A DNA stretch of 64,000 nucleotides from Octopus vulgaris (lineage: Eukaryota): NCBI GenBank assembly GCA_951406725.2, contig OX597835.1:42842001-42906000 (forward strand), given 5' to 3'. Shown here one piece after another: positions 26,549-43,890 of the stretch. The notes beneath the pieces are model-generated. The model was not told where the DNA came from. It ran no database searches and saw only the letters and a program-made list of their open reading frames with translations. Each line of letters starts with the position of its first letter. Within the stretch, counting starts at the first letter, position 1. Position numbers and translations under genes: made by a program.

Positions 26549-27533
26549 TCATCATCTAACGTCCGCTTTCCATGCTAGCATGGGTTGGACGATTTGACTG
26601 AGGGCTGGCAAACCAGATGGCCAGACCAGACTTCAATCTTGATCTGACAGAGTTTCTACAGCTGAATGCCCTTCCTAACACCAACCACTCCGAGAGTGTA
26701 GTGGGTGCTTTTACATGCCACCGGCATGGGGCCAGTCAGGCGGTAGTGGCAATGACCTCGCTCGAATCTTTTACACATGCCACAGGCACAGGTGCCAGTA
26801 AGGTGATGCTGGTAACGATCACGCTCGAATGGTGTCTTTTATGTGTCATCGGCACGGAGGCCAGTTAGCCACTCTGGCAATGATCATGTTTGGAAGGTGC
26901 TCTTAATACCCTACTAGCATGGGCCTTGAGTGCCAGTAAGGCAACGCTGGTAATGATCACATTCGAATGGTGCCTTTTAAGTGCCACTGCAACGGAAGCC
27001 GATTAGCCGCTCTGTCAATGATCACACTCATATAGTGCTCTTTGCACCCCGCTAGCATGGACGCCAGTCATTGAATTTGATTTTGATTTTGATTTCACTT
27101 GCCTCAACAGGTCTTCACAAGCAGAGTTTTAGTGTCCGCATAAGTGGGATGGTTACGCCCCTGGCATAGGCCATGAGGTTATGGTCTCATTTGGCTTGCC
27201 GGGTCTTCTCACACACGGCATATTTCCAAAAGCCTCGGTCACTAGTCATTTCCTTGGTGAGGCCTAAAGTTCGAAGGTCATGCTTCACCACTTCATCCCA
27301 GGTCTTCCTGAGTCACACACACACACACATATATTTCTGGCAGATCGTTAGTAAGGAGAGACACAAAAAAGAAAGAAGAAAGCAAAGGACCACTGATGAG
27401 GCCACAGAAATGTGACAAAAGAAATCTGGCCGAAATGCAATTAATATAAAATAAAGCTGAAGCAAGTGAACACCAAATACATAGAACATGTGTTTTCATT
27501 GGCTAAACTGGCAACGTGACCATCCCCAAATAG

Positions 27534-27567
<34 letters not shown>

Positions 27568-27569
<2 letters not shown>

Positions 27570-27951
27570 TTAGTTAAGATAATGTAGTGTGTGCGCGATT
27601 CGAATATAGAGGCACCTACCTTCTCTTCTTAGTGACGGAGACTAGTCCTTCCACACAGCCCCGACCCGAACACTAACGATAGCAGCTGCTAGCCCAAACC
27701 CTTAGCGACGTCCTCACACATCTTGTCACCTGCACGACCCACGTTGGAAAGGGCACAATTCCCTGCTCCCTGCGCACGCCTGACGGCTGACCCCTTCCGG
27801 TTGCCCCAGCTTCCGGTCAACGCACCCGGCTGCTGACGTCCAGCTGCTGACGTCATCCCACAGATAATAATCAATAAAGAGAGCAGAAGATGGAATTTTT
27901 GTAGCCCTTTATAAAGAGTTACACCAATTCCATCTTCAGTTTGCTCAATCA
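27568..27951. mobile_element. Possible solo LTR / GC-rich insertion in (TA)n
   Basis: TG...CA-bounded GC-richer island containing TGACGTCA, AATAAA and TATAAA; no internal coding evidence. Confidence 0.3.
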
Positions 27952-28030
27952 ATTATATTTATATATATATATATACACACACACACATAAATATATATAT
28001 ATATCATATATGTATATGTATGTTTATATA

Positions 28031-28192
28031 GATGCAGAAGTGGCTGTTTGGCAAGTAGCTTGCTTACCAACTACATGGTTCTGAGTTCATTTCCACTGCT
28101 TGGCATCTTGGGCAAGTGTCTTCTACTATAGTCTCAGGCCGACCAGAACCTTGTGCATGGATTTGGTAGATGGAAACTGAAAGAAGCCTGTC

Positions 28193-28243
<51 letters not shown>

Positions 28244-28432
28244 TGTGATTGTACCCACACCATTGCTTGACAATCGATGCTGGTGTATATGTTTATGTTC
28301 CCGTAACTTAGCAGTTCAGCAAAAGAGTCCGATAGGATAAGTACTAGGCTTACAAAAAATAAGTCCTGGGGTCGATTTGTTCAGCATGCCCACAGTCACA
28401 TGACTGAAATAAACAAAAGAATAAAAGTAAAG
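28031..28432 (+). mobile_element. SINE family A
   Basis: Colinear with 10748-11165. Confidence 0.8.
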
Positions 28433-28442
28433 AATATATGTA

Positions 28443-30204
28443 AATGACATGAAGAAAGCCTTTGACAGGGTCCCTGATCCCTTATCTGGTGGTCAATGAG
28501 GAAACTAGGGATAGATGAATGGTTAGTGAGAGCTGTGCAAGCCATGTACAGGCACGCTGTCAATAAGGTGAGGGTTAGCAATGAATACAGTGAAGAATTC
28601 CGGGTAGAGGTAGGGGTCCACCAAGGTTCAGTCCTCAGCCCCCGCTCCTATTTATCATAGTCCTCCAGGCAATAACAGAGGAATTCAAGACAGGATGCCC
28701 CTGAGAGCTCCTCTATGCTGACGGCCTTGCTCTAATTGCTGAGTCACTATCAGAACTAGAGGAGAAGTTTCAGGTGTGGAATCGAAGGGCCTTAGAGTCA
28801 ACCTAGCTAAAACCAAAGTCCTAATAAGTAGGAAGGTAGACAAACCACAAATCCCTTCAGGTAGATGGCCCTGCTCAATCTGTAGAAAAGAAATAGGTAG
28901 AAACTCTATAAGATGTACCCAGTGTAAGCTATGGACACATAAGAGATGTAGTAATGTCAAAGGAAGACTAACTGAAAAGATAGTTTTTGTATGTGGCAAA
29001 GGCTCAGGAGCAATAAACACTGAAAATGTGCAGAGAACAACTTCCACCACATTCCAGGGAGAAAAACTAGAAATAGTTGATAGCTTCCGTTACCTAGGTG
29101 ACCAAGTCAGTAGCGGGGAAGGGTGCACTGAAAGTGTAGCTGCTAGAGTAAGAATAGCCTGGGCAAAGTTCAGAGAGCTCTTACCTCTGCTGGTGACAAA
29201 AGGCCTCTCGCTCAGAGTAAAAGGTAGACTGTACAACGCATGTGTACGAACAGCCATGCTACATGGCAGTGAAACATGGGCCGTGACTGCTGAGGACATG
29301 CGTAAGCTCACAAGGAATGAAGCCAGCATGCTCTGCTGGATGTGTAATATCAGAGTGCATACACAACAGAGTGTAAGTGCCTTGAGAGAAAAGTTGGACC
29401 TAAGAAGCATCAGATGCAGTATGCAAGAGAGACGATTGCGCTGGTATGGTCATGTGGCAAGAATTGATAAGGACAGCTGTGAGAAAAAGTGCCACAACCT
29501 AGTGGTTGAGGGAACCTGTGGAAGAGGTAGGCCCAGGAAGACCTGGGATGAGGTGGTGAAGCACAACCTCTGAACATTAGGCCTCACCAAGGAAATGACT
29601 AGTGACCAAGACCTTTGGAAATATGCTGTGCATGAGAAGACCCAGCAAACCAAGTGAGACCATAGCCTGGGGCCTATGCCAGGGGTGTAACCAGCCCACT
29701 TATGTGTACCTTTCCTTCAGTGGACACTAAACTCTGCTTGTGAAGACCTGTTGAGGCAACTGAAATTGAATCAAATTCGATGACTGGCACCTGTGCCAGT
29801 GGGGCGCTAAGAGCACAATCCGAGCATGATCGTTGCCAGAGCACCTGACTGGTTTCCGTGCTAGTGGCACATAAAAATGTTGGTAGAACATAAAAATGCT
29901 GGTGGCATGTGAAAAAGCATTTGAGCAAAGTCGTTGCCAGTGCCACTGGACTGGCTCCTGTGCAGGTGGCACATAAAACACACCATTTAAGCATGGGCGT
30001 TGCCAGTACTGCCTGACTGGCCCTCATGCTAGTGGCACGTAAAAGCACCTACTACACTCGTAGAGTGGTTGGCGTCAGGAAGAGAATCCAGCTGTAGAAA
30101 CTCTGCCAGATCAGATTGGAGCCTGGTGCAGCCATCTGGTTTGTTAGTCCTCAATCAAATCGTCCAACCCATGCTAGCATGGAAAGCAGACATTAAACAA
30201 TGAT

Positions 30205-30205
<1 letters not shown>
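28443..30205 (+). pseudogene. RTE-clade LINE, 5'-truncated, with degenerate RT
   Basis: DMKKAFDRVP, GVHQGSVLSP and LYADG (YADD mutated), frameshifts, ORF 28776-29573, a Cys/His-rich segment, 3' UTR repeats and a (gat)n tail. Confidence 0.9.
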
Positions 30206-32665
<2,460 letters not shown>

Positions 32666-33374
32666 AGGTATACAAATATACTACATTTATGTGTGTGTGT
32701 GTGTATGTAAAATAGCATCTGTATATAAAATGTTGTAATTTCCATAAACACATTCTTTGGCCAATGAGAAACCTCGGACTGTTTGACGTCACAAGATCTG
32801 ATCTCACATTAGAAATAATTCTTTGTTTTGCAATCATTTATTGTTTTGTTTGCTTTTTGTTTTTTACTTGTTATTTCAATTTATTTTGTACATTTGTTTG
32901 TTTGCTACTTTTTTTTTTCTTCCTTCATTCCTATTCATGGTGTCTTTTCAAGACAGTTGCTAAGAGACTCCCAACTGTGTTGAAGAAGTATTCCTGCAAA
33001 AGGCCATCCTTTTTAATTTGGATCTGGATTTCAATATGACAAGCATTCAAGTCTTTTGTATTGTCTTTACAGAACATGACAGGTTTACAAATTTGAATAT
33101 CATCATCACCATCATCATCATCATCACCATCATCATCATTCTTAAGGTGGTGAGCTGGCAGAATCATTAGAATGTTCGGCAAAATGCTTAGTGGCCTTTC
33201 ATCCATCTTTATGTTCTGAGTTCAAATTCCACCGATGTCGTCTCTGCCTTTCATCTTTTGGGGATTGATAAAATAAGTACCAGTTGAGCACTGGGGTTGA
33301 TGAAACTGAGTTCACACTCTTTCCCCAATCTTGTGGCCTTGTGCCAAAATTTGAAATCATTATTATTGTTGTTG

Positions 33375-33430
<56 letters not shown>

Positions 33431-33440
33431 GTTATTATTC

Positions 33441-33940
33441 AGTGAGAGAGCAGTGCATGCCATCAAAGTGACACTAGTGTAAAATAAACGAAGCTCAGTA
33501 TACCCATCATGACTGCCTGTCTGATAAGGGTACACTAGGCACATGCATCACAACCATAGGTGCATGACATGGTGATCTCATATCAAGATAAACAGCACAT
33601 GACCTTGCAGGTGAGGCCAAGTTAGAATTTTCTTCTGGTCAAGTAACCCATCATGCTCAAAAGGTCCCTGAATAAGGGTTGTTTAAGGATATTGAATGAA
33701 ACACCCATTTTTCCAGAGGTGAATTATTCAAACCCCAAAGAATCCCTCTTAACACATGACTATGATGCTCTCCCACTACTTCTGCTCATGATCAGAGATG
33801 CACATATCATCAGCCATTAAGGGACATGCTCAACTGGTTAAGGTCAAACAACTGACAAGCAAATCTGTGGTATTGAGCAGAATATTTGCTGTAGCCCATC
33901 TTTTATACCAAGACATAACAATGTACATGATAACACTTTC
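33441..33940. mobile_element. About 500-bp dispersed repeat embedded in (TAA)n; second copy at 37935-38460
   Basis: gtgagagagcagtgcatgccatcaaagtgacact...gcccatcttttataccaagac is colinear between the two copies. Confidence 0.8.
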
Positions 33941-33965
33941 ATTATTATTATTATTATTATTATTA

Positions 33966-34023
<58 letters not shown>

Positions 34024-34259
34024 CATTGTTAAGGCAGTGAGCTGGCAGAATCATTAGTACGCTGGATGAAATGCTTAGTGGTATTTTGTTCTGAGTTCAG
34101 ATTCCCCCGAGGTCGACTTTGCCTTTCATCCTTTCGGGGTCAATAAAATTAGTACCAGTTATGCACTGGAGTGAATGAAATCAACTTTATCCCTTCCCCC
34201 AAATTTGAGTCCTTATACTTCCAGTAGAAAGGATTATTACTATCATTTTTATTATTATT

Positions 34260-34640
34260 ATACTATGTTTGACTTTTGCTTTACATTTGCACAAGCTGGC
34301 TCCAAGTCTCACCCAGAGACCTCAAGAGACAACAAGTTGGAATTTCATGTTGGTGTTATGCCTAGGGTGCCATATATTTGGTTTTGTACTTAATGTTGTA
34401 CTAGTGAATGCCTAAAAAAAATGTACGAAAATTATGTTTGTTTTAAAACTTGAGATTACATAGAAAGTATTTTGCGTAGGATATGAGCAGTTCCCATGAG
34501 CACTATCTTTTGAATTTCTGCCATTTTTGGGTTTCCTGGTATCTGAGTTAGGTAGCAATCAGCCCCTTTTGCTATCATTCCCAGGGCACCTATGACAACA
34601 GGTATTGTTTTTGTCTTCAGGTTCCACATTTTGCTGATTA
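34260..34640 (-). mobile_element. RLE-type (R4/Dong/NeSL-like) non-LTR retrotransposon 3' end
   Basis: Minus strand reads KMWNLKTKTIPVVIGALGMIAKG...; flanked by (TAA)n. Confidence 0.6.
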
Positions 34641-35044
34641 TTATTATTATTATTTATTTTTTGTTTTTTTTATCATTGCTAAGGTAGCGAGCTAGCAGAG
34701 TCGTTAGCACGCTCGATAAAATGGTTAGCTTGTCGCTACTTTCTGAGTTCAAATTCCACCAAGGTCCACTTAGCCTTTCATCCTTTCAGGGTTGATAAAT
34801 TAAGTACCAGTTGAACACTGGGGTCAATGTAAATGACTCATCACCCTCCTGCCAAATTGCTGCCCTTGTGACAAAATTTGAAATCATTATTATTATTATT
34901 ATTATTCAGGGTAGCAGACGGGCAAAATCATTTTAGCATGGGATAAAATTTCTTGCAGTATTTCTCCCAACTCATTTCGTTCTAAGTTCAAATTCTACTA
35001 AGATCAGCTTTGCCTTTCACCCCTTTGGTGGGATCGATATGATA

Positions 35045-35455
35045 TTTCTCTCTATCCGCTCAGTCAAAGTCGACTCTTGGTCACTCGTTGGATCAGTGTC
35101 CTCCAGTCAGTTCTGTCCTGGGCTGCTTCCTTCAGATTGGCCATGTCCATTCCGGTATCACTCCTGATGGTGTCAAGCCAGCGGGTTCTTGGTCAGTTAC
35201 ATCCTCTCTTGCCACTGACCATTCCGAGCATGATGTCCTTCTCCAGGGATTTTCTCCGCATAATATGACTGAAATATGCCAATCTACACTTGGTGATCCC
35301 AGCTTCTAGCGACATTTTCGGCCTGATCTGCTTAAGAACTTCTCTATTGGTGAGCCTCGCTGTCCATGGAATCCGCAAAAGTCTTCTCCAACATCAAAGC
35401 TCGAATGCATTAATTCTCTTCTGGTCAGCTTTCTTTAGTGTCCAGGTCTCGCATA
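35045..35455 (-). mobile_element. RTE/BovB-like LINE ORF2 C-terminal fragment
   Basis: RIPWTARLTNREVL...LAYFSHIMRRKSLEKDIMLGMVSGKRG. Confidence 0.8.
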
Positions 35456-36912
35456 TGATATTTACCAGTTATTAAATAGTAGAGTTGAATAATCAACTCA
35501 CCCCTCCCATCAAATTTTATAGCCTTGTGCCAAAAGTGAGGAAGAATGCTCCGGCATGGTTTCAGTTCAAAAGACAAACAAGTAAAAGATGAAATATAAA
35601 AGATTATTATTATTATTATTATTTTGATTTTATCTTCTTCCTTTAATGTGGTTTCCATTTCTTGCTGAGCGTCTTCCCAACACCTAGGGCAAAGAAACTT
35701 ACTATATACATTGATAGATCACTAAGATAGACACACCAGATTGTTCATTTACAAAATCAAATAAAGCCATGGAGAAAAGGAAAATGATGTACATGGAAGG
35801 TTATTGTTCTCACAGAGACAATGCTCTTCTCAATATGTGTGACGCACTGCTTAAGACAATTTTTTACACTTCTTGCACGGATGGTAGGCCAGGAATCATT
35901 CTCAAATAATTTCGATTTTTTTTTTTCATCATCTTAGTATGTAATCACCATGAGATGTCACATTTTCTTTACTTCAATAAGCAAGTCTTTATATTTTCTT
36001 CGCTAGTCAAATTCTTTTAACACAATATCACAATCACCGGGGATGCTCCTATCAATCAATTAAACAGACATTGTTGTTTCTGTTATTTACAACAATATCC
36101 AGTTTATCAGCTTCAATGGTTCCTGTCTCTATGTACAAATAAGTCTCAAAGAACTGCTGCATTTTTTCCTTCAGTTTCTGTCACTTCACTGGCACTTGTG
36201 CTGGTGGCACGTGTAAAAAGATTCGAGCGAGGTCATTGCCACTACCGCCTGACTGGCCCCCATGCCGGTGGCACGTAAAAAGCACCCACTACACTCTCGG
36301 AGCGGAAGGGCATCCAGCTGTAGAAACTCTGCCAGATCAAGACTGGAGCCTGGTGCAGCCATCTGGTTCACCAGCCCTCAGTCAAAATCGTCCAACCCAT
36401 GCTAGCATGGAAAGCGGACATTAAACGATGATGATGATGATGATGATGATGAGTTACAGCCTCAGAGTGTTGCTTGTACTATTTGTCTACAGTTTCAGTT
36501 TTAGACTGCCAACATATTAACCAGCGTAGATGTTGGCCAACTCTGTCACATCTTGATTTACACTCTACTGGTGCTAAAACCTTACATCCAAAGATTAAGT
36601 GGTTCATGGTTTCAATCTTATGATAGAATTGGCATCTGCTCCATTATTCATCAAACTGGCTGAGTAGTTAGGAGCCAATAAAGCTTTGATCTTCAGCAAC
36701 TGAGATGAAACCTTCACTTTATGCTTGTAGCTCTGAGCTTCATAGCCATTGATGGCAGTGCTTCTGATCAACATCTAGTTGTTTGTTAGGGACCACATAT
36801 TTGCCATGCAGACGTTCCTACTCCCACCTACCAGCCAAGTATCATTTGCCTTTTTCTTTGCCATTAATTTTACCTTTTTGATATCAACAGTTGCCATTAT
36901 TATTATTATTAA

Positions 36913-37052
<140 letters not shown>

Positions 37053-37529
37053 ATCCTATGACCGGCACCCGGCAGTTGCCAGAGCCGCTGGACTGACTCC
37101 TGTGCAGGTGGCAAGTAAAGAAACACTGTTTCGACCCTGTGCTTGAGGAGATCCATTGAGTCAATTACACCAACATAAAAAATCAATGGAAACTGCAGTT
37201 GTGATCCCTGTGCCGGTCGCACGTAAAAAAGCACCATCCGAACATGGCTGATGCCAGTGCCGCCTAGACTGGCTTCCGTGCCGGTGGCACGTAAAAAGCA
37301 CCAATCCGATCGTGGCCGTTGCCAGCCTCGCCTGGCATGTAAAAAGTACCCACTACACTCATGGAGTGGTTGGCGTTAGGAAGGGCATCCAGCCGTAGAA
37401 ACACTGCCAGATCAGACTGGAGCCTGGTGCAGCCTTCTGGCTTCCCAGATCCCCAGTTGAACCTTCCAACCCATGCTAAGCATGGAGAACAGACGTTAAA
37501 CAATGATGATTATTATTATTATTATTTAT

Positions 37530-37875
37530 TTTTATAGCGTGCTTTCACTTCACTACCGAGCGCAGCTCTGTGTGCCTTGAGTATGTGCTGTGCTTTGTTG
37601 TGATGCTCTGTTGGTTATTGTATGGAAAGTGTTCTGCATAGGATGTGTGCAGTGCCTAGTAGTGCGATTTTCTGTATGTTATATGTGTTTGTAAGTCCTG
37701 GTGTTTTTGTTATGTATTTGTTTGAATATTTTTTTATCATGCCTAATGCACCTACTATGATAGGAATTGTTTCTGCTTTTAGATTCCACATTCTGGTTAC
37801 CTCTATTTCTTGGTTACCTCTATTACCTCTTTTTGAAAGTTTCTCCATTTCTTTTAGAGACACATTGTCATCTGC
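37530..37875 (-). mobile_element. RLE-type (R4/Dong-like) non-LTR retrotransposon 3' end
   Basis: EIEVTRMWNLKAETIPIIVGALGMIKK...IQKIALLGTAHILCRTL; inserted in (TAA)n. Confidence 0.75.
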
Positions 37876-37882
37876 CACGTTA

Positions 37883-37916
<34 letters not shown>

Positions 37917-39134
37917 CATCATCATCATTATTATTGAGTGAGAGAGCAGTGCATGCCATCAAAGTGACACTGGGGTAAAATATACGAAGCCTAATATACC
38001 CATCATGACTACCTGACAAGGGTACACAGGCACATGCACCACAGTCATATGTGTATGACATGGTGACCTTATATCAAAGTAAACAGAACATGACCTTGCA
38101 GGTGGGGCCCAGTTAGAATTTTTTCAGGTCAAGTAAGCCATCCTGTTCAAAGGTTCCTGAATAAGGTTTGTTTAAGGATGTTGAAAAACCACCCATGTTT
38201 CCAGAGGTGAATTATTCAAACCCCAAAGAATCCCTCTCAACACATGGCTATGATGTCCCCCACTACTTCTGCTCATGATCAGAGATGACATATCATCAGC
38301 CACTAAGGGACATGCTCAGCTGATTAAGGTAAAAAAACTGACAAGCAAATCTGTGGTATTGAGCAGAATATTTGCTGTAGCCCATCTTTTATACCAAGAC
38401 AAAACAATGTACATGATAACACTTCCAATCAGTTAAGATCAGAAACCATGAAGCCACTAAGGTGGAAGCTGGGCAGAATTATTACAACACAAAATAAAAC
38501 ACTTTGTTGCATTCCTTCCATCTTTTACATTCTTAATTCAAAGTCAGCCAAGTCCATCTTTGCCTTTCATCCCTCTGAAGTTGATGAAGTGTACCAGCCA
38601 ACCGAGTGCTGGATTCACTGCTATTGACCAAGCCCTCCCTCAAAATTTAATGCCTTCTGTGTGAAGCATAAACAGCTGGAAGAATCTTTGAGCATCAGAA
38701 AGATGCTTTGCAGTATTTATTTTGCTTCCTTACATTCAGGGTTCAAATCCTGCCATGGTCAACCCTGATTTTCATTACTCCAGGGTCAATGGAATAAAGT
38801 ACCAATCATGTACTGAGATCAATGTTGTCAACCAGCGTCCCTTTCCAAAATTGCTGGCCTTGTGCCAAAATCAGAAACCAAGGTTGTGAGTTAGCTGAAT
38901 CATTAGAACACTGGAAAAAAGCTTTGCAGTATTGTCTCTAGTTCTTAACATTCTGAGTTCAATTTTGCTGAGGTCAGCTTTGCATTTCAGCCATCCAGGC
39001 TGGATAAAATAAAGTATCAGTCAAGTATTATGGTTACTGGTATTGACTACCACCCTTTCTCAATATTGGCAGCTTGTGCCTAAATTAAAACCATTATTAT
39101 TATTATCACCATCATTATTATTATTATTATTATT

Positions 39135-39819
39135 CCGATCGTGGCCGTTCGCCAGCCTCATCTGGCACCTGTGTCGGTGGCACATAAACTCACCATCCGA
39201 AGACCCGGCAAGACTAGTCAGGCCATAACCTGTGGACCCTACCTGGGACGTAGTCAGTCCACCTGTGCATACCTTCCTTCTGTGACACTTGTGAAGACCT
39301 GTTGAGGCAAGTGAAAATCAAATCAAATCAAATCAAATCAAAACAAATCAAAATAGATGAACATCAATGGAATTTGTATCTTTGTGGTACCAGTGCCAGT
39401 GGCACACAAGAAAACCATCCGAACGTGGCTGTAGCCAGTACCGCATCGACTGGCCTCCGTGCTGTGGGCACGTAACAAACACCATCCGATTGTGGCTGTT
39501 CGCCAGCCTCATCTGGCACCTGTGTCGGTGGCACATAAAAACACCATCCGAGTGTGGCCGTCTGCAGCCTCGTCTGGCACCTGTGTCGGTGGCACATAAA
39601 AAACACCATCCGATCGTGCGCGCCAGCCTCGTCTGGCACCTGTGTGTGGCACATAAATCACCCACTACACTCTCGGAGTGGTTGGCGTTAGGAAGGGCAT
39701 CCAGCTGTAGAAACACTGCCAGATCTGACTGGCCTGGTGCAGCTTCGGCTCCCAGACCCCAGTTGAACGTCCAACACATGCTAGCATGGAAAGCGGACGT
39801 TAAATGATGATGATGATGA

Positions 39820-39820
<1 letters not shown>
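39135..39820 (+). mobile_element. RTE 3' UTR with tandem ~58-bp hairpin units
   Basis: Repeated ccatccgatcgtggccgttcgccagcctcatctggcacctgtgtcggtggcacataaa units followed by the standard RTE terminus. Confidence 0.8.
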
Positions 39821-40737
<917 letters not shown>

Positions 40738-41179
40738 GGCAGCAGAATCGTTAGCATGCTGGATGAAATGCTTAGTGGTATTTCGTCTGTCTTCACATTC
40801 TGAGTTTAAATTCCATTGAGGTCAACTTTGCCTTTCAACCTTTTGGGGGTCAATAAATTAAATACCAGTTGCATACTGGAGTCAATATAACCAACTTAAC
40901 CCCCTCCCCCAAAATACTGGCCTTGTGCCAGAATTTAATATTAGCATTAGTTACATGTAGGCACCAAGCTGGCAGAATTGTAAGCACATCGGGCAAAATG
41001 CTGAGCAGCGGCTTTTTGTCCGTCTCCGTGTTTTGAGTTCAAATTCCGGTGAGGTTACCTTTGCCTTCCGTCCCTTTCAGAAACAATAAAATAAGCACCT
41101 GTTGAACACTGGGGCTGATGTATTCAATTAACCCACCCCCCACCCACTTGCTGGCCTTGTGCTAAAATCTGACACCATT

Positions 41180-42290
41180 ATTGGTTAAGTGTGGTTAACA
41201 ATGATTAATGGGATAAATATTTGCTGGTTGGGGCTAATAAGGGTTAACAGAGATTAACAGTGGTTGATCATGGTTAACAATGTTTAATGGTGATTAACTG
41301 TGATTCATCATTATCATCATCGTATAACGTCCGTTTTCCATGCTGGCATGAGTTGGACGATTTGACTGAGGACTGGCGAACCAGATGGCTGCACCAGGCT
41401 CCAGTCTGATCTGGCAGAGTTTCTACAGCTGGATGCCCTTCCTAATGCTAACCACTCCGAGAGTGTAGTGGGTGCTTTTACAAGCCACTGGCACGAGGGC
41501 CAGTCAGGCAGTACTGGCAACGACCATGCTCAAATGGTGTTTTTTACGTGCCAACTGCACAGGAGCCAGTCCAGCGGCACTGGCAACGACCTTGCTTGAA
41601 TGTTTTTCACGTGCCACCAGCACAAGTGCCAGTAAGGTGACGCAGGTAACAATCACACTCAAATGGTGGCTTTTTATGTGCCACCAGGATGGTGGCCAGT
41701 TTGTTGCTCTGGCAACGATCACGCTTGCATGGTGGCAACGATCACGCTAGCGATGAAAAGTGATTAACAATGATTAATTGTGGTTAATGCAGTTGAAGAC
41801 AGTTTGTAATCACTGACAGTAGTTAAAACTGGTAAATGGTAATTAAGATTGATTAATAATCATTAAGAGTGGTTAAGACATGGTAATAGCAGTTACCATA
41901 GATTAAGAGCAAATTGTAGTAGTTAACAGCCATTAACTATTTTATATAGGTTAAAACTAGTTAATAGTAGTTAACAGTTAACACTGGTTAACAATCGTTA
42001 ATAGTAATTAATTGTGCTTAGTAGAGGTAAATAGTATTTAACAGTGGTTAAAATTAGTTTAACAGGTTAATAGTGACTAATAATGGTTAACAGTGGATAA
42101 TAGGGGTTAGTAGAGTAAATAGCATTTAACACTGGTTAAGACTGGTTAAAAGTGATTAATTGTGATTAGTAGTAATTAATAGTGGTTAGTAGAGGTAAAT
42201 AGTACTTAACAGCAGCTAACACTGCTTAGCAGTGATTGAAAGTGGTTAATGATGGTTAAAAATGGTTAACAACGATTGAAAGAGTGAAGA
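41180..42290. repeat. Degenerate ~10-bp minisatellite (gtggttaaca/gtagttaata) interrupted by an RTE fragment
   Basis: Recurrent RGTTAA units on both sides of 41307-41750. Confidence 0.7.
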
Positions 42291-42675
42291 TTTTAAATGA
42301 CTTTGTAACTCAACGCAGAAAATTATATGAATAAATTAAACAAAATTTGTTAATTAAGTCAGATGGTGTTTTATTTCTTATCAGTCTTTATAATTTCTTC
42401 CTTATCTCTTGATTCAACCAACTTGATGGACTCTGGTTTGTTTGGTTTTGGTTTGGTCTGGTTCAAACCGGTTTAATTTGCTCTGGAAAATATATGAACA
42501 TAAAACATAAACAAACGTTGTTGGCAGGCTTGGATGAGTATGGTTAAGAAACTTACTTTGCAACCATATGGTTTTAGGTTCAATCCTACTCTGTGGCACT
42601 TTTGGCAAGTAATTTCTAATATAGTCCCAGGCCTTGTAAGTAAATTTGGTGAACTGAAACTGTGAGGAAGCCTAG

Positions 42676-42748
<73 letters not shown>

Positions 42749-42935
42749 ATAGAAATGGTAAGACAACAAAAGAAAGAAAGAGACCTCAATATTATGTAAA
42801 TAGAGGAACTTATCTGTAAATTAATATGTGACAATTATTCGGTAGCCATGATAAAACTCCGAGTTTCCACACCGACCTCCAAAACTTGGAGTTTTATCAT
42901 GGCTACCGAATAAATGTCACATATTACATTTACAG

Positions 42936-42969
<34 letters not shown>

Positions 42970-43129
42970 TCATCATCATCATCATCATCATCGTTAGCGT
43001 CCGTTTTCCATGCTAGCATGGGTTGGACGGTTCTACTGAGGTCTGTGAAGCCAGAAGGCTTCATCAGGCCCAGTCAAATCTGGCAGTGTTTCTACGGCTG
43101 GATGCCCTTCCTACAGATATGTAGGAAGT

Positions 43130-43510
43130 AAATAGACACCTTTAATTTTCAAAATTTCTGATCTAAGCGTCTTGATATGTTTTCAGTGGTGTAGAATTTA
43201 CAATGTAATTATTCTTTTTCATTCCAGATGCCATTATATTTTTAACATTTGCGAAGAGTAACCATGGTACGCACAAAACATTCAGCACAACTATCAGATT
43301 TTCAAAGTGGTTGTATTGTTGGGCAATTTGAGGTTGGATTTAGCCAATGAAGAATTACCAAAAATCTTCAAATTCCTCTTGCTACTGTTAATAGAATTAT
43401 AGTGCAATTCAAAAGCCAAGGAAAAGAATCAACAGATTCTTGTCCCAGCTGACCTGGGCCCTCGTAAAGGAAGCTTCGCTGTTTGAAGAGAATTATGGAA
43501 AACGAACCCT
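43130..43510 (+). pseudogene. Tc1-like transposase N-terminal HTH relic
   Basis: From the ATG at about 43264: MVRTKHSAQLSDFQSGCIVGQFEVGFSQ*RITKNLQIPLATVNRIIVQF, matching the LSDFxRGxIVG-type Tc1 N-terminus with stops. Confidence 0.65.
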
Positions 43511-43890
43511 TTTGGGGTCGATTAAATAAGTACCAGTTATGCACTGGGGTCGATTAATTAAGTACCAGTTACACACTGGGCTCGATGTAATCGACTTAAT
43601 CCCTTTATCTGTCATTGTTTGTCCCCTCTGTTTAGCTCCCTGTGGGCAATAAGGAAATATGGAAAGGGCAATGATGATGATTGTGATGTGTTCAGGGATA
43701 AAATAGTGTTACAGCATTTTGAATTTGCACTCATGTACTCAGTCTTAAAGTAGAAATGAAATATTAAGCAAAAAATAAATAGAAATAAAAATAGAAATGA
43801 AATATTAAGCAAAAATACAAATTTTGTAGAAATTTTAGATTAAAAAAAATTAAAATTACCTTTACTTTATTTTCTATTTGGTCATTGTTG

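Noticed and set aside
39366-39665. CRISPR-like repeat/spacer appearance of palindromic units
   Set aside because: The intervening sequences are homologous to each other, the array is part of RTE LINE 3' UTRs, the context is eukaryotic, and there are no cas genes.
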